The notes: generated by a model from the sequence alone, not told the origin. A stretch of 64,000 nucleotides of DNA from Chloroflexota bacterium (GCA_039931975.1 JBDTQW010000001.1:2921-66920), one strand, 5' to 3'; positions 17,968-27,851 are shown, counted from the stretch's first letter. Numbers and translations: made by a program.

Positions 17968-19506
17968 ATGGCGAGGCCGATGCTGGCGCGCGGCCGGACC
18001 GCCCGCTTCGGCGTCGGGTTGCTCAGCGCCCTGCTGCCCGGTCTCGGCCACCTGGCCACCGGCCGGCGGCGTCACGCCGCCGTCTTCCTGGCCCCGGTCC
18101 TGGTCGGCATCTTCGTCCTCGGAGTGGTCGTGGCGACGACCGACCGCTTCAGACTGGCCGCGTCCCTGGTCGACCCGGCCGTGATCTGGGGGATCCTCAT
18201 CGTCGAGGGGTTGTTCCTCGTCTGGCGGCTCGTGGCGGTCTTGTCGGCGATGGCCGACCGGTCGTTCCCGCGCTTCCGCGCGGCGGATGCGGTCGGGCTG
18301 CTGATCGTGCTCGCCGTCGTGGTCGTTCCCCAGGCCGGTCTCGGGCTGGTCACCTACACGGCCCAGGAGGCGGACTCGGAGGTCTTCGCCGGCGCCCCGT
18401 TCCCGAGCGAGGAACCGGAATCGCGCGCAGTGGTGGAGAGTCCCAACGGGTCCCTGTCGCCGTCTGCCGCCCCGTCACCGAGCGGCCCGCCGATGCCGCC
18501 CCGGGTCACGGTCCTGCTCATCGGGGTCGACTCGGGCGTGGGCCGCAACACCGCCCTGACGGACACGATGATCGTGGCCAGCCTGGACCCCGTCACCAGG
18601 ACCGTGTCCATGGTGTCGATCCCCCGCGACCTGGTCGACGCTCCGCTGCCCAAGGGCGGCAAGTTCAGCGCCAAGATCAACGGCCTGGTCGCCTGGGTCC
18701 GCTGGCACCCCGAGCAGTTCCCCGGCTACAACGGCCACGGTCAGGCCGTCCTGGCCTACTCGCTGGGCAAGATGCTCGGGGTCCACATCGACTACTACGC
18801 CCAGGTCGACCTGGGCGGCTTCGTGCAGACGGTCAACGCCGTCCGCGGCGTCGACATCAACGTCGACCACGCGATCTGCGACGCCGGCTACGACGAATAC
18901 GGTTTCAACGGCTACTCGATCGGGGCCGGCCGGCACCACATGAACGGCAATGCCGCCCTGGCGTACGCCCGGATCCGCCACTCGGCCGGCGAGAGCGACT
19001 TCACCCGCGCCGCCCGCCAGCAGCAGGTCGTCGTCGCGCTCAAGGACAAGATCGTCCGGGGCGGGTTCCTCGACGACCCGATCGGGCTGCTCAAGGCGAT
19101 CGGCAAGACTGTCCAGACCAACATCCCACCGGCGGTCGTCCGCGATCTTGCCCCACTTGCTGCCGACATCAGCTCGAAGGACATCTACAAGACCGTGGTC
19201 AGTCATCCCCTCGTCCGTCCCGGCTTCGACGCCCGCGGCTCGATCCAGCTTCCCGACTTCAAGAAGATCGCGACGCTCGGGGCAGCGATGTTCCCGACGG
19301 TCGGGACCCGGCCGGTCGACAAGTACGTGTCGAAGGCCCCGAGCGCGACGGCCAAGGGCCCGGCCCAGGCCGCCCCGCGCTGCGCCGTGCCGCCCAAGCC
19401 CAAACCCAAGCCGACGCCCAAGCCGACTCCGAAGCCGCCCCCCAAGCCGACCCCGACCCCGACCGACAGCACCCCGTCCGAGCCGCCGGCGTCGTCCGGC
19501 CCGTAG
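17968..19506 (+). CDS. LytR-CpsA-Psr (LCP) family cell-envelope phosphotransferase with a C-terminal Pro/Lys/Thr-rich low-complexity tail
   Basis: An N-terminal TM helix precedes the LCP core (LIGVDSGVGRNTALTDTMIVASLDP...SIPRDL...VDINVDHAI). The tail is PKPKPKPTPKPTPKPPPKPTPTPTD. The ATG at 17968 is in frame with the track ORF, and an alternative ATG lies at 17980. Confidence 0.8.
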   Translation: MARPMLARGRTARFGVGLLSALLPGLGHLATGRRRHAAVFLAPVLVGIFVLGVVVATTDRFRLAASLVDPAVIWGILIVEGLFLVWRLVAVLSAMADRSFPRFRAADAVGLLIVLAVVVVPQAGLGLVTYTAQEADSEVFAGAPFPSEEPESRAVVESPNGSLSPSAAPSPSGPPMPPRVTVLLIGVDSGVGRNTALTDTMIVASLDPVTRTVSMVSIPRDLVDAPLPKGGKFSAKINGLVAWVRWHPEQFPGYNGHGQAVLAYSLGKMLGVHIDYYAQVDLGGFVQTVNAVRGVDINVDHAICDAGYDEYGFNGYSIGAGRHHMNGNAALAYARIRHSAGESDFTRAARQQQVVVALKDKIVRGGFLDDPIGLLKAIGKTVQTNIPPAVVRDLAPLAADISSKDIYKTVVSHPLVRPGFDARGSIQLPDFKKIATLGAAMFPTVGTRPVDKYVSKAPSATAKGPAQAAPRCAVPPKPKPKPTPKPTPKPPPKPTPTPTDSTPSEPPASSGP

Positions 19507-19565
19507 CGACGCCGGAGAACGCCTCGCCGGGGTCGCCTCTGCTACCCTGTGCCAGGTCCTTGCAG

Positions 19566-19605
19566 CCGGTCCCGTGAGACCGGCGTACCGGTCCCGTGAG
19601 GCCGG
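19566..19605 (+). promoter_or_regulatory. Two tandem hairpins carrying the PyrR-binding-loop-like motif GGUCCCGUGAG(A/G)CCGG in the carA leader
   Basis: The sequences are CCGGTCCCGTGAGACCGG at 19566-19583 and CCGGTCCCGTGAGGCCGG at 19588-19605. Each is an inverted repeat (CCGGTC/GACCGG). The loop matches the PyrR box core consensus RUCCNGNGAGG. They lie just 5' of a GGAAGGGAGG Shine-Dalgarno sequence. Confidence 0.45.
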
Positions 19606-19624
19606 AAGGGAGGCTCGATCGAGC

Positions 19625-19696
19625 GTGTCCGCGCAGCTTCGCCGTGACCCGGTCCGCCTCCCGTTCCTCGTTCCGCCGGACGAATACCCGGCCTGA
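19625..19696 (+). CDS. Putative 23-codon leader peptide, translationally coupled to carA by a TGATG stop/start overlap
   Basis: GTG at 19625 follows the GGAAGGGAGG sequence. The ORF VSAQLRRDPVRLPFLVPPDEYPA ends with a TGA overlapping the carA ATG at 19696. Confidence 0.3.
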   Translation: MSAQLRRDPVRLPFLVPPDEYPA

Positions 19697-20856
19697 TGCA
19701 GATCCCGCCGTTCCCGCTGCCGAGCGCGATCGTCGACCCGCGAGTCGGCGACCTGGGCCCGGCGCTGCTGGCCCTGGCCGACGGGACGGTCTTTCCGGGG
19801 ATCGCCTTTGGGGCGCCGCTCGCCGCGGGCGGGGATCTCGTCGTGAACACCAGCCAGACGGGCTACCAGGAGGTCTGCACCGACCCGTCCTATGCGGGCC
19901 AGGTCGTGGTCATGACCTACCCACTCATCGGCAACTATGGCCGGTTACGCGACGACGACCAGTCCGAGCGACCCTGGCTGCGCGGGCTGGTCGTGGCCAA
20001 TGCCACGGCGGCCGTCGTCGAGAAGGCCGCCCAGTTGGCGGCGCTGCTTCGCGACCAGGGCATCCCGGCCATCGCCGGGATCGACACCCGGGCGCTGGCC
20101 CGCCATCTGCGGACCCACGGCTCGGTCCCGGGCTGGGTCGGGCCGCCCGGCGCCACGGACCCGGTCGCTGCCGTCGCGGCCGCCCGGGCGCTGCCCCGCT
20201 GGGAAGACCAGGACTTCGTCGAGCTGGTCTCACCAGAGGCACCGCGCGAGGTCGGTGACCCGGCGGCCGGCGGGCCGCTCATTGCGATCGTCGACTACGG
20301 CCTGAAGGCCAATATCGTGCGGTCGCTCCGTCGCCGCGGGGTCCGGGTGCGGATCCTGCCGCACACCGTCGCGCCGGCCGACGCGCTCGCCTCGGACGTG
20401 GACGGGCTGGTCCTGTCTCCTGGGCCCGGGGATCCATCGCGGCTGGCCGGCCCCGTGGCGCTGGCCAGGGCGGCCATCGCCGACGGGCGGCCGCTCCTGG
20501 GGATCTGCCTGGGTCATCAGATCGTGGGCCGGGCGGCCGGGGCCGACACCCGCCGTCTCCGCTTCGGGCATCACGGCGCCAACCACCCCGTCCGCGACGT
20601 CGACAGCGGGCTGGTCCAGGTGACCGCCCAGAACCACGAGGTCCAGGTCGTCGCCGACTCGCTCCCCGCCCGCGGCGGCTTTCACGTCAGCCAGGTCAAC
20701 CTCAACGACGGGTCGGTCGAGGGGCTGCGTCACCGCGAGCTCCCGATCGAGACCGTCCAGTACCACCCCGAGGGGGCCCCGGGGCCGCTCGACGCACTGG
20801 CCGTGTTCGACCGGTTCGTGACCGCCTGTGCCATACGCCGGGGCGCCTCGTCGTGA
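19696..20856 (+). CDS. carA: Carbamoyl-phosphate synthase small (glutamine amidotransferase) subunit
   Basis: The GATase catalytic region GICLGHQ is present, as is the CPSase small-chain N-terminal domain. The gene is adjacent to and overlaps carB. Confidence 0.93.
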   Translation: MQIPPFPLPSAIVDPRVGDLGPALLALADGTVFPGIAFGAPLAAGGDLVVNTSQTGYQEVCTDPSYAGQVVVMTYPLIGNYGRLRDDDQSERPWLRGLVVANATAAVVEKAAQLAALLRDQGIPAIAGIDTRALARHLRTHGSVPGWVGPPGATDPVAAVAAARALPRWEDQDFVELVSPEAPREVGDPAAGGPLIAIVDYGLKANIVRSLRRRGVRVRILPHTVAPADALASDVDGLVLSPGPGDPSRLAGPVALARAAIADGRPLLGICLGHQIVGRAAGADTRRLRFGHHGANHPVRDVDSGLVQVTAQNHEVQVVADSLPARGGFHVSQVNLNDGSVEGLRHRELPIETVQYHPEGAPGPLDALAVFDRFVTACAIRRGASS

Positions 20857-23800
20857 GTGGTGCCGGGGCTCCGGAATCGGTCCTCATCCTTGGCTCAGGC
20901 CCCGTCGTCATCGGCCAGGCGGCCGAATTCGACTATGCCGGCACGCAGGCCTGTCGCGCGCTCCGCGCCGAGGGCGTCCGGACCATCCTGGTCAATTCCA
21001 ACCCCGCCACGATCATGACCGACCCGACCGTCGCCGACGTGGTCTACCTCGAGCCGCTCACGGTCGAGGCCGTCGAGGCCGTGATCGCCCGGGAACGTCC
21101 CGAGGGTCTGCTGGCCGGGCTGGGCGGCCAGACGGCCCTCAACCTGGCGGTCGCGCTGGCCCGTGCGGGGGTCCTGGAGCGCCATGGAGTCCGGCTCATC
21201 GGCACCCCGCTCGCGGCGATCGAGATGGCCGAGGATCGCGAGCTGTTCCGATCCCTTCTGGACCGGATCGGCCAGCCCTACGCCCCGTCCTGGATCGTCG
21301 AGGGCGCCACGGCCGAGGAGCGCAAGGATTCGGCCGACGCGGCGCTGCACGAGATCGGCCTGCCGGCGATCGTCCGACCGGCGTTCACCCTGGGTGGCAC
21401 CGGCGGCGGGATCGTCGAGACCGAGACGGCCTACCGCGAGCGGGTCCGGGCCGGCCTGAGGGCCAGCCCGATCGGCCAGGTCATGGTCGAGCGCTGCCTG
21501 GTCGGCTGGGGCGAGATCGAATACGAGGTGATGCGCGACGCCGACGACACGTGCATCGCCGTGTGCTCGATGGAGAATGTCGATCCGCTGGGGGTCCACA
21601 CCGGCGACTCGATCGTGGTGGCCCCGGTCCAGACCCTGCCCGACGCGGTCCACCAGCGACTCCGCAGCGCGGCACTGGCGATCATCAGGGCGCTCGGCGT
21701 CGAGGGCGGCTGCAACGTCCAGTTCGCGCTCAGCCCGGATTACGAGGACTTCGCGGTCATCGAGGTCAACCCGCGGGTCAGCCGGTCCTCGGCGCTGGCC
21801 AGCAAGGCGACCGGCTACCCCATCGCCCGAGTCGCGGCCCAGATCGCAGCCGGACGCCGCCTGGCCGAGATCCCCAACGTGGTGACCGGCACGACCGTGG
21901 CCGCCTTCGAGCCGGCGCTCGACTACGTGGTGGTCAAGCTGCCTCGTTTCCCGTTCGACAAGTTCCCGACCGCAGACCGGACGCTGGGCAGCCAGATGAA
22001 GGCGACCGGCGAGGTGATGGCGATCGACCGGACCTTCGGTTCCGCTCTGAACAAGGCGCTGCGCGGGCTGGAGCAGGCCGGCGTCGGCCCGCTGGCCGAG
22101 GATCCGGCCTGGGAGCCCAGCCTGGCTTACCTGGCGGCCGTTCTGGCTCGGTCGGCCGACGCCGCGACCGACGAGACCGATGCGGACGATGAGGCCGACG
22201 GGCCGATCCGCTGGGTCGACGCGGACGGACAGGCCTGCGAATCGACCCGTCACGCCGAGCGCGCCGCGGCCCCGATCGTCCTGCGTCAGTTCCTCGGTCC
22301 ATCCGACACGCGGCTGTGGCGCGTCCTGGCGCTGTTGCGGCGAGGGGTGGCCGAGGCCACCGTCCACGAGGCCACCGGGATCAACCCCTGGTTCCTGGCC
22401 GAGTTCGGGCGGGCCGTCGGCCTCGAGCACGACGTGGCGACGCTCGGCCCGCGCCTGACCGATCCCACCGATCCAGAGGCCGCGACCCTTCTGGCCACCG
22501 CGAAGCGGGCCGGCTTCGGCGACCGCGAGCTGGCCACGCTGGCCGGCGTGGAACCGGACGACCTGGCCCGGACCCGCGACGCGCTTGGCCTCCGGCCGGG
22601 CTACGCGATGGTCGACACGTGCGCCGCCGAGTTCGCCGCGGAGACGCCCTACTTCTACGCCACGTACGCCGCCGCGGGTTCGCCGCCGGAGGCCCCACCG
22701 GTGGCCCGACCGGCTGCCCTGGTCATCGGCTCAGGGCCGGTCAGGATCGGCCAGGGGATCGAGTTCGACTATTGCGCCGTCCATGCCGCGGAGTCCCTCC
22801 GGCGCCAGGGCTGGTCGGCGGTCATGATCAACTCGAACCCCGAGACCGTTTCGACCGACTTTGACGCCAGCACCCGGCTCTACTTCGAGCCACTCGACTC
22901 GGAGTCCGTGCTGAGCGCGATCGAGGCCGAGACCGGGCTCGGCGCCGAGACCCTGCCGGCCTTCGTCCAGTTCGGTGGCCAGACACCGCTCAACCTGGCG
23001 GCCAGGCTGGCTGCCGCCGGTGTCCCGCTCCTTGGCGCCGATCTCGAGGCGATCGACCAGTCCGAGGAGCGGACTCGTTTCGCCGCGCTGCTCGACCGAC
23101 TGGGCATCCCCCAACCCGAGGGTGGGATGGCCCACAGCGTCGAGGAAGCGCTCACGATCGCCGATCGGATCGGCTACCCGGTCATCGTCCGTCCGTCGTT
23201 CGTCATCGGGGGGCTGGCCATCGACTTTGCCTACTCGGCCGGCGACCTCGTCCGGCAGCTGGCGATGGCGACCGTGGTCGACCCCGACCGGCCCGTCCGG
23301 ATCGACCGCTATCTCGAGGGCGTCGAGGTCGACGTCGACGCGATCTCGGACGGGAACGACGTGCTGATCCCCGGCCTGCTCGAGCACATCGAGCGTGCCG
23401 GCGTCCACTCCGGAGACTCGGTCGGGGTCTTCCCGCCGCAGACCGTCTCGCCGGGCGATCGCGAACTGATCGTGACGACCATGGAGCGTGTCGTCCGGGC
23501 CCTGGGCGTGCGCGGCCTGGTCAACGCCCAGTTCATCGTCCGCGACGATGGCGTGTACCTCATCGAGGTCAACCCGCGGGCATCGCGGACGGTGCCGTTC
23601 CTGAGCAAAGTGACCGGCGTGCCGATGGTCGACCTGGCCGTCCGGATCGCCCTCGGCGAGACGCTCCGGGAGATGGGCTGGCCGGGTGGCCTGTTGCCGC
23701 CCCCGCCGTTCGTCGCGGTCAAGGCGCCGGCCTTCTCGACGGCCAAGCTGCGTGGGGTCGACCCTTCGGTCGGGCCAGGCATGCAGTCGACCGGGGAGGT

Positions 23801-24332
23801 CATCGGCATCCACGAGGACCCCAGGGTGGCCCTGGCCAAGGCGCTCCTCGGCGCTGCGCTGGTGCCGCCCCGGGCGGGTCCCGACGGCGCGCTCGCCCTG
23901 CTGACGATCGCCGATCGCGACAAGCCCCTGCTCGGGCGCCTTGCGGCGGGGCTGGCCCGGGCCGGCTACCGGTTCGCGGCGACCGCCGGCACGGCGGCCG
24001 CCCTCGCCGCCCTCGGCTACGAGTCCCGGCCCGTCGCGAAGTACGGGGCGGGGGAGGGGGCCGAGGGGGAGGGGTCCGAGAGCGTCGCGATCATGGATCT
24101 CATCGAGTCCGGCGAGATCCACCTCGTGGTGAACACGCCGACCCCCCAGTCGGGCGCCGTCCGCGACGCGGCCGAGATCCGGCTGGCGGCCACCGCCGAG
24201 GGGATCCTGTGCCTGACCGCGATCGAGACCGCGGTGGCCGCCGCAGAGGCACTCGATCCGGCCGTCGTGGATCGGCTGGCCGAGGTCCGCCCGCTCGGGG
24301 AGTGGGTGACGGGCGCGCGCGTCGCGGTCTAG
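20853..24332 (+). CDS. carB: Carbamoyl-phosphate synthase large subunit
   Basis: There are two ATP-grasp halves, an oligomerisation domain and a C-terminal MGS-like domain. The protein is 1159 aa. The GTG start overlaps the carA stop. Confidence 0.95.
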   Translation: MSGAGAPESVLILGSGPVVIGQAAEFDYAGTQACRALRAEGVRTILVNSNPATIMTDPTVADVVYLEPLTVEAVEAVIARERPEGLLAGLGGQTALNLAVALARAGVLERHGVRLIGTPLAAIEMAEDRELFRSLLDRIGQPYAPSWIVEGATAEERKDSADAALHEIGLPAIVRPAFTLGGTGGGIVETETAYRERVRAGLRASPIGQVMVERCLVGWGEIEYEVMRDADDTCIAVCSMENVDPLGVHTGDSIVVAPVQTLPDAVHQRLRSAALAIIRALGVEGGCNVQFALSPDYEDFAVIEVNPRVSRSSALASKATGYPIARVAAQIAAGRRLAEIPNVVTGTTVAAFEPALDYVVVKLPRFPFDKFPTADRTLGSQMKATGEVMAIDRTFGSALNKALRGLEQAGVGPLAEDPAWEPSLAYLAAVLARSADAATDETDADDEADGPIRWVDADGQACESTRHAERAAAPIVLRQFLGPSDTRLWRVLALLRRGVAEATVHEATGINPWFLAEFGRAVGLEHDVATLGPRLTDPTDPEAATLLATAKRAGFGDRELATLAGVEPDDLARTRDALGLRPGYAMVDTCAAEFAAETPYFYATYAAAGSPPEAPPVARPAALVIGSGPVRIGQGIEFDYCAVHAAESLRRQGWSAVMINSNPETVSTDFDASTRLYFEPLDSESVLSAIEAETGLGAETLPAFVQFGGQTPLNLAARLAAAGVPLLGADLEAIDQSEERTRFAALLDRLGIPQPEGGMAHSVEEALTIADRIGYPVIVRPSFVIGGLAIDFAYSAGDLVRQLAMATVVDPDRPVRIDRYLEGVEVDVDAISDGNDVLIPGLLEHIERAGVHSGDSVGVFPPQTVSPGDRELIVTTMERVVRALGVRGLVNAQFIVRDDGVYLIEVNPRASRTVPFLSKVTGVPMVDLAVRIALGETLREMGWPGGLLPPPPFVAVKAPAFSTAKLRGVDPSVGPGMQSTGEVIGIHEDPRVALAKALLGAALVPPRAGPDGALALLTIADRDKPLLGRLAAGLARAGYRFAATAGTAAALAALGYESRPVAKYGAGEGAEGEGSESVAIMDLIESGEIHLVVNTPTPQSGAVRDAAEIRLAATAEGILCLTAIETAVAAAEALDPAVVDRLAEVRPLGEWVTGARVAV

Positions 24333-25804
24333 GGTTCGCGGGGCACGACCGCGGTCGTGGGCGTGAACGCTGGCCCGGTCGCCTCCGGTGTCTCGCTCAC
24401 CACGGCCTGGCCGAGCGACCACAGGGTCAGCGCGGTCAGACCGACCATGAGAAGGGCCAGCGGAACCTGGCGCAGCTGAACGGACCCGATCCCTGCGCCG
24501 GACGGGCTAACGGACGGTCCGCTCGCCTCGAGGACGGCGGTCCGGTGGCCGGCCCACGCACCAACGACGTGGCCGCCGACGACGGCCACGAGCTGGATGC
24601 TCCAGGCGACCGCTCCCGGCAGCCAGTCGGTGGCGGGCTCGAATTCGCCGATCCCGAGCAGGTCCCAGCCCTGGCCCAGTGGATCGGAGAAGGCGAGGAG
24701 GATCCGCTGCCCGTCGAACGCGACGAAGGTCAGGTAATGGGCGATCAGGTAGCCGATCGAGATCGGGATCAGGCCCGCAACCAGTGCCCGGATCCCGACG
24801 ACCCGACCGACGGCGATCGCGATCCCGGCCATCAGCCCAAGCCAGGCGGCCAGGAGCAGCGTCTGCTCGAGGATGGTGGGCACCCCGAACAGATCGAAGA
24901 AGATCTGGGTCTGGGACAGGCCGTCGAACAGGATGCCGCCGACTGACAACGCGACCAGGACGAGGCTAGCCAGGTCCGTACCCGGCTCGAGCAGCCCGGC
25001 GCCGAAGGACCGGACGCGGAGCTGCTCCGGCTCTCCCGGCTCGGGCTCGTGCTCCTTCGCGTGCAGGTGAGCGAGTGGTGCGATCCGGCCGACCAGGTCG
25101 AACCAGACCGAGAAGACCTCGCCGTTCTGCCGCCAGGCAGTCGGCCCGAACTGGACCATCCCCGCGACGGTCACGACCGTATAGCCAAGCAGGACGATCC
25201 CGAGGGCCCGACCGCCGGCTGTCGCCGGCACGGCCAGCTCGAACCAGATGAACACCGCCAGGCCGAGGACCGCCGGCCAGCGCCCAAGCCACTCGGGGTA
25301 GGGCGCCGGCGGAGCCCCGGCGACGCCGACGCCCCGGAGGGTCCAGGAGCCGAGTCGGTGGAGCGTCGAGAACGGGTCCAGCCAGGTCCAGGCCGGCCCG
25401 ACGAACGCGCAGATCAGGGCCAGCCCGACCCAGCCGTACGTCCACAGGAAGAGCGAGGCGACGTCGCCCGGTGATGCCCCATCGAGCACGACCGAGCGCA
25501 GGACGATCCAGATCCAGGCCAGCAGGCCGATAGCGGCGAGGACGCGGCGGACGACCGCCGGGACCCGGACGACCCGTTCATCGCTCGGTGCGGAGGGCGC
25601 GAGCTGCGCGCCGGCCGCGCGGGCTCCCATCACGACGACGGCGAACGACGCGGCGACGGCGAACGCCGCCCCGATGAGATAGGCACCCAGCGGGATCGGC
25701 GACGGGAACCGTCCGGTCAGCTCGTGAGCGGCGGCGATCCCCGGGGATGCGAGATAGGCCACGGCGATCGCGGCCGCGAGGGCGAGGGTCGCGCCGATCC
25801 GCAT
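24329..25804 (-). CDS. Polytopic integral membrane protein of unknown function
   Basis: The ATG at 25804 gives an N-terminal signal/TM region (MRIGATLALAAAIAVAYLASPGIAAAHEL). There are ten or more hydrophobic helices. The track ORF's Arg-rich upstream extension is unlikely to be translated. The stop overlaps the carB stop. Confidence 0.6.
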   Translation of the reverse strand: MRIGATLALAAAIAVAYLASPGIAAAHELTGRFPSPIPLGAYLIGAAFAVAASFAVVVMGARAAGAQLAPSAPSDERVVRVPAVVRRVLAAIGLLAWIWIVLRSVVLDGASPGDVASLFLWTYGWVGLALICAFVGPAWTWLDPFSTLHRLGSWTLRGVGVAGAPPAPYPEWLGRWPAVLGLAVFIWFELAVPATAGGRALGIVLLGYTVVTVAGMVQFGPTAWRQNGEVFSVWFDLVGRIAPLAHLHAKEHEPEPGEPEQLRVRSFGAGLLEPGTDLASLVLVALSVGGILFDGLSQTQIFFDLFGVPTILEQTLLLAAWLGLMAGIAIAVGRVVGIRALVAGLIPISIGYLIAHYLTFVAFDGQRILLAFSDPLGQGWDLLGIGEFEPATDWLPGAVAWSIQLVAVVGGHVVGAWAGHRTAVLEASGPSVSPSGAGIGSVQLRQVPLALLMVGLTALTLWSLGQAVVSETPEATGPAFTPTTAVVPREP

Positions 25805-25872
25805 CTGGAGGTGGCGCCGGCGGAACGGATCAGATCGGATCACGTGCCCCGAGTCTAGCTCGCGACGGCCGA

Positions 25873-27405
25873 TCAGGGTTCGGCGGAGAGGCCCTTCGGG
25901 CCGACACCGACCGACGTCCTGGAAAGGTCGCGTCCGGTCGACGACAGCGCACCCCGGACCGGGTTCACGACGTCTGCGGTCAGCGTCCACGTACCGGCGT
26001 CGGGCGGAGCCACGAGGGCGACGCTCAGCGCAACGGCCTGACCGGGCGCCAGCTCGGCGGGCACCTCGGCCGCCGGCAGCTCGGTGCCGTCGTCCGATCG
26101 CCAGGACAGGACGAACAGGGTCGGGGTCGCGGGCGCGATCGTCCGAGTGCCTTCCGCCTCGAGGACGGGCGTCCGCCAATCGAGCGAGCCGATGTTGGCC
26201 AGACCGACCTTTACCTTGAACCGTTCGCCGGCGGTGACGTCACCGACCGCGGGCAGGCTGACCCTGGCGGCAAACGGATCCACGACCTCGACGACGACGG
26301 TGCGGAAGGACCGCGATGGCGTCCTATGGCCGACCTCCGTCAGCCCGAGGCTGAGTCGATACCGACCGGGGATCGTCGGCACCGGGACCGCCGCGCGGAA
26401 CCCCGACGAGCTGGGCCGATCGGGAGCCGACGAGGTCGTCGCAGCGACGGGCGGGGGAGGGAGTCCCGCACCCGGCGACGCACCGTCGAGCACGGCTCGC
26501 AGGAGCCGCGGCGGCTGGGCCACTCGCGCCGCTGCCACGGGTACCCAGCGGCCGACGAAGCGGTGGGCCGCCGGGTTCGGGAAGCCACTCGAGATGTGCA
26601 GGCCGACCGACACCCGGAGGACCGACCCTGCGACCGCCGTCGTCGCGAGCCGGGGGCTGGTCAGGTCATAGGCGTGATCGGTCAGCGGCGCGGTCTGGGG
26701 CTGGTGGCGGACCGGAGTCGCCGCGGCCATCACCTTGCCGCGGTCGATCGTGGCGAAGCGATGAAGCGCCTCGACGTTGATCCACTCGCCGGGATAGTGG
26801 CCCTCGGCGAGGGGGTCCATCAGCCAGACCTTGCCGTGGATCCGGTCGTACGTCTGGATGTAGACGGCGTGGCTGTTGTTGCGGCGGTTGGCGAAGGCCC
26901 GGTCCCAGCGCGTGAAATACGCCGACAGCCGGCCGTACTCGCCGATGAGCACCGCTCCGCCGTTGTGCTCGATCCGATCCAGGAGCTGCCACCAGGTCAT
27001 CGTGTCGCCGGACCCCGGCGAGAAGCGCAGGCGGATCCCGGTGACTGCCCCGACGCCACGCGCCAGGTTGTACAGGCTCGAGCCGCCCTTCTTGTCGTTG
27101 GATGCGCGGCGCAGGACACTCTGGCTGACCCGGACGCCCCCATGGGTCCACTTGTCGACGAGCATCGCCCCCGCCGCCCACACGCAGTTCTTCTTCATCT
27201 GCCAGACGCGATGGGGGGTGTACTCGCGGGTCGGCCGATCGGGCGACGACGTCGCTTCAGCCGGGACCGGGGTCAGCCACGTCGCGTCAGCTTGGGCGGG
27301 CAGGGTGGCAGCGGATCCGGCGACCACGACCAGTCCCACGACGACGCGCGCGATGAGGCGCAGAGATCGGGCGCGTCGGGTCAGGGGTGGGACATCGTGG
27401 GGCAC
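25873..27405 (-). CDS. Secreted protein with an N-terminal C39-like (papain-fold) peptidase domain and a C-terminal beta-rich domain
   Basis: A signal peptide is present (LRLIARVVVGLVVVAGSAATLPAQA). A Cys motif QMKKNCVWAAGAML resembles the C39-like/BtrH_N catalytic region. Downstream His residues could complete a catalytic site. Confidence 0.5.
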   Translation of the reverse strand: MPHDVPPLTRRARSLRLIARVVVGLVVVAGSAATLPAQADATWLTPVPAEATSSPDRPTREYTPHRVWQMKKNCVWAAGAMLVDKWTHGGVRVSQSVLRRASNDKKGGSSLYNLARGVGAVTGIRLRFSPGSGDTMTWWQLLDRIEHNGGAVLIGEYGRLSAYFTRWDRAFANRRNNSHAVYIQTYDRIHGKVWLMDPLAEGHYPGEWINVEALHRFATIDRGKVMAAATPVRHQPQTAPLTDHAYDLTSPRLATTAVAGSVLRVSVGLHISSGFPNPAAHRFVGRWVPVAAARVAQPPRLLRAVLDGASPGAGLPPPPVAATTSSAPDRPSSSGFRAAVPVPTIPGRYRLSLGLTEVGHRTPSRSFRTVVVEVVDPFAARVSLPAVGDVTAGERFKVKVGLANIGSLDWRTPVLEAEGTRTIAPATPTLFVLSWRSDDGTELPAAEVPAELAPGQAVALSVALVAPPDAGTWTLTADVVNPVRGALSSTGRDLSRTSVGVGPKGLSAEP

Positions 27406-27503
27406 CGCCTGATCCTGTCAGCCCCGGTGACTTCCTCCCATCGCCCGTACGGTCGGATCGTGACGGTACGTTCGGCCCATACGCGGGGCGTCGGAGCGGC
27501 GAC

Positions 27504-27788
27504 TCAGCAGGGTTGACCGGTGGTCGAATGGGGTTCGGTCGCTGCTGGATCGCCGGCCAGGACCGTCCCGACCGTTACCAGCCGCCGACCCAGCCGGACC
27601 CGCGCGCCGCGCGGTCGATCGGATCCTTCGGCCCGGTCGGCGGGGCGATCCAACGCGTTGGCCAGGTTCTCGGCGCGGACCCGCGTCCGCTCCTCGTCGA
27701 GCCGCCTGCGGACGACGAAGAAGTCGTTATCTGGGTGCACGGTCCCCTCCTTTGCGCTATTCATCTCATCCTCTTGTAAGTCATTCAT
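27504..27788 (-). CDS. Small hypothetical ORF (94 aa) with an atypically AT-rich 5' end
   Basis: This is the only ORF in the 27406-27851 gap. Its first ~15 codons use AT-rich codons unlike the rest of the window. It may be non-coding. Confidence 0.2.
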   Translation of the reverse strand: MNDLQEDEMNSAKEGTVHPDNDFFVVRRRLDEERTRVRAENLANALDRPADRAEGSDRPRGARVRLGRRLVTVGTVLAGDPAATEPHSTTGQPC

Positions 27789-27851
27789 CTAACATGCGGT
27801 TAACAACGGTCCCGAACTTGGCGGCGACCGGGGTGGCCGCGGCCCAGTGGG

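Noticed and set aside
11999-19506. Genomic island integrated at tRNA-Lys
   Set aside because: No integrase, excisionase or transposase is present, and I could not find a direct repeat of the tRNA 3' end. The composition is not clearly different from the flanks. It is kept only as a low-interest hypothesis in the findings.
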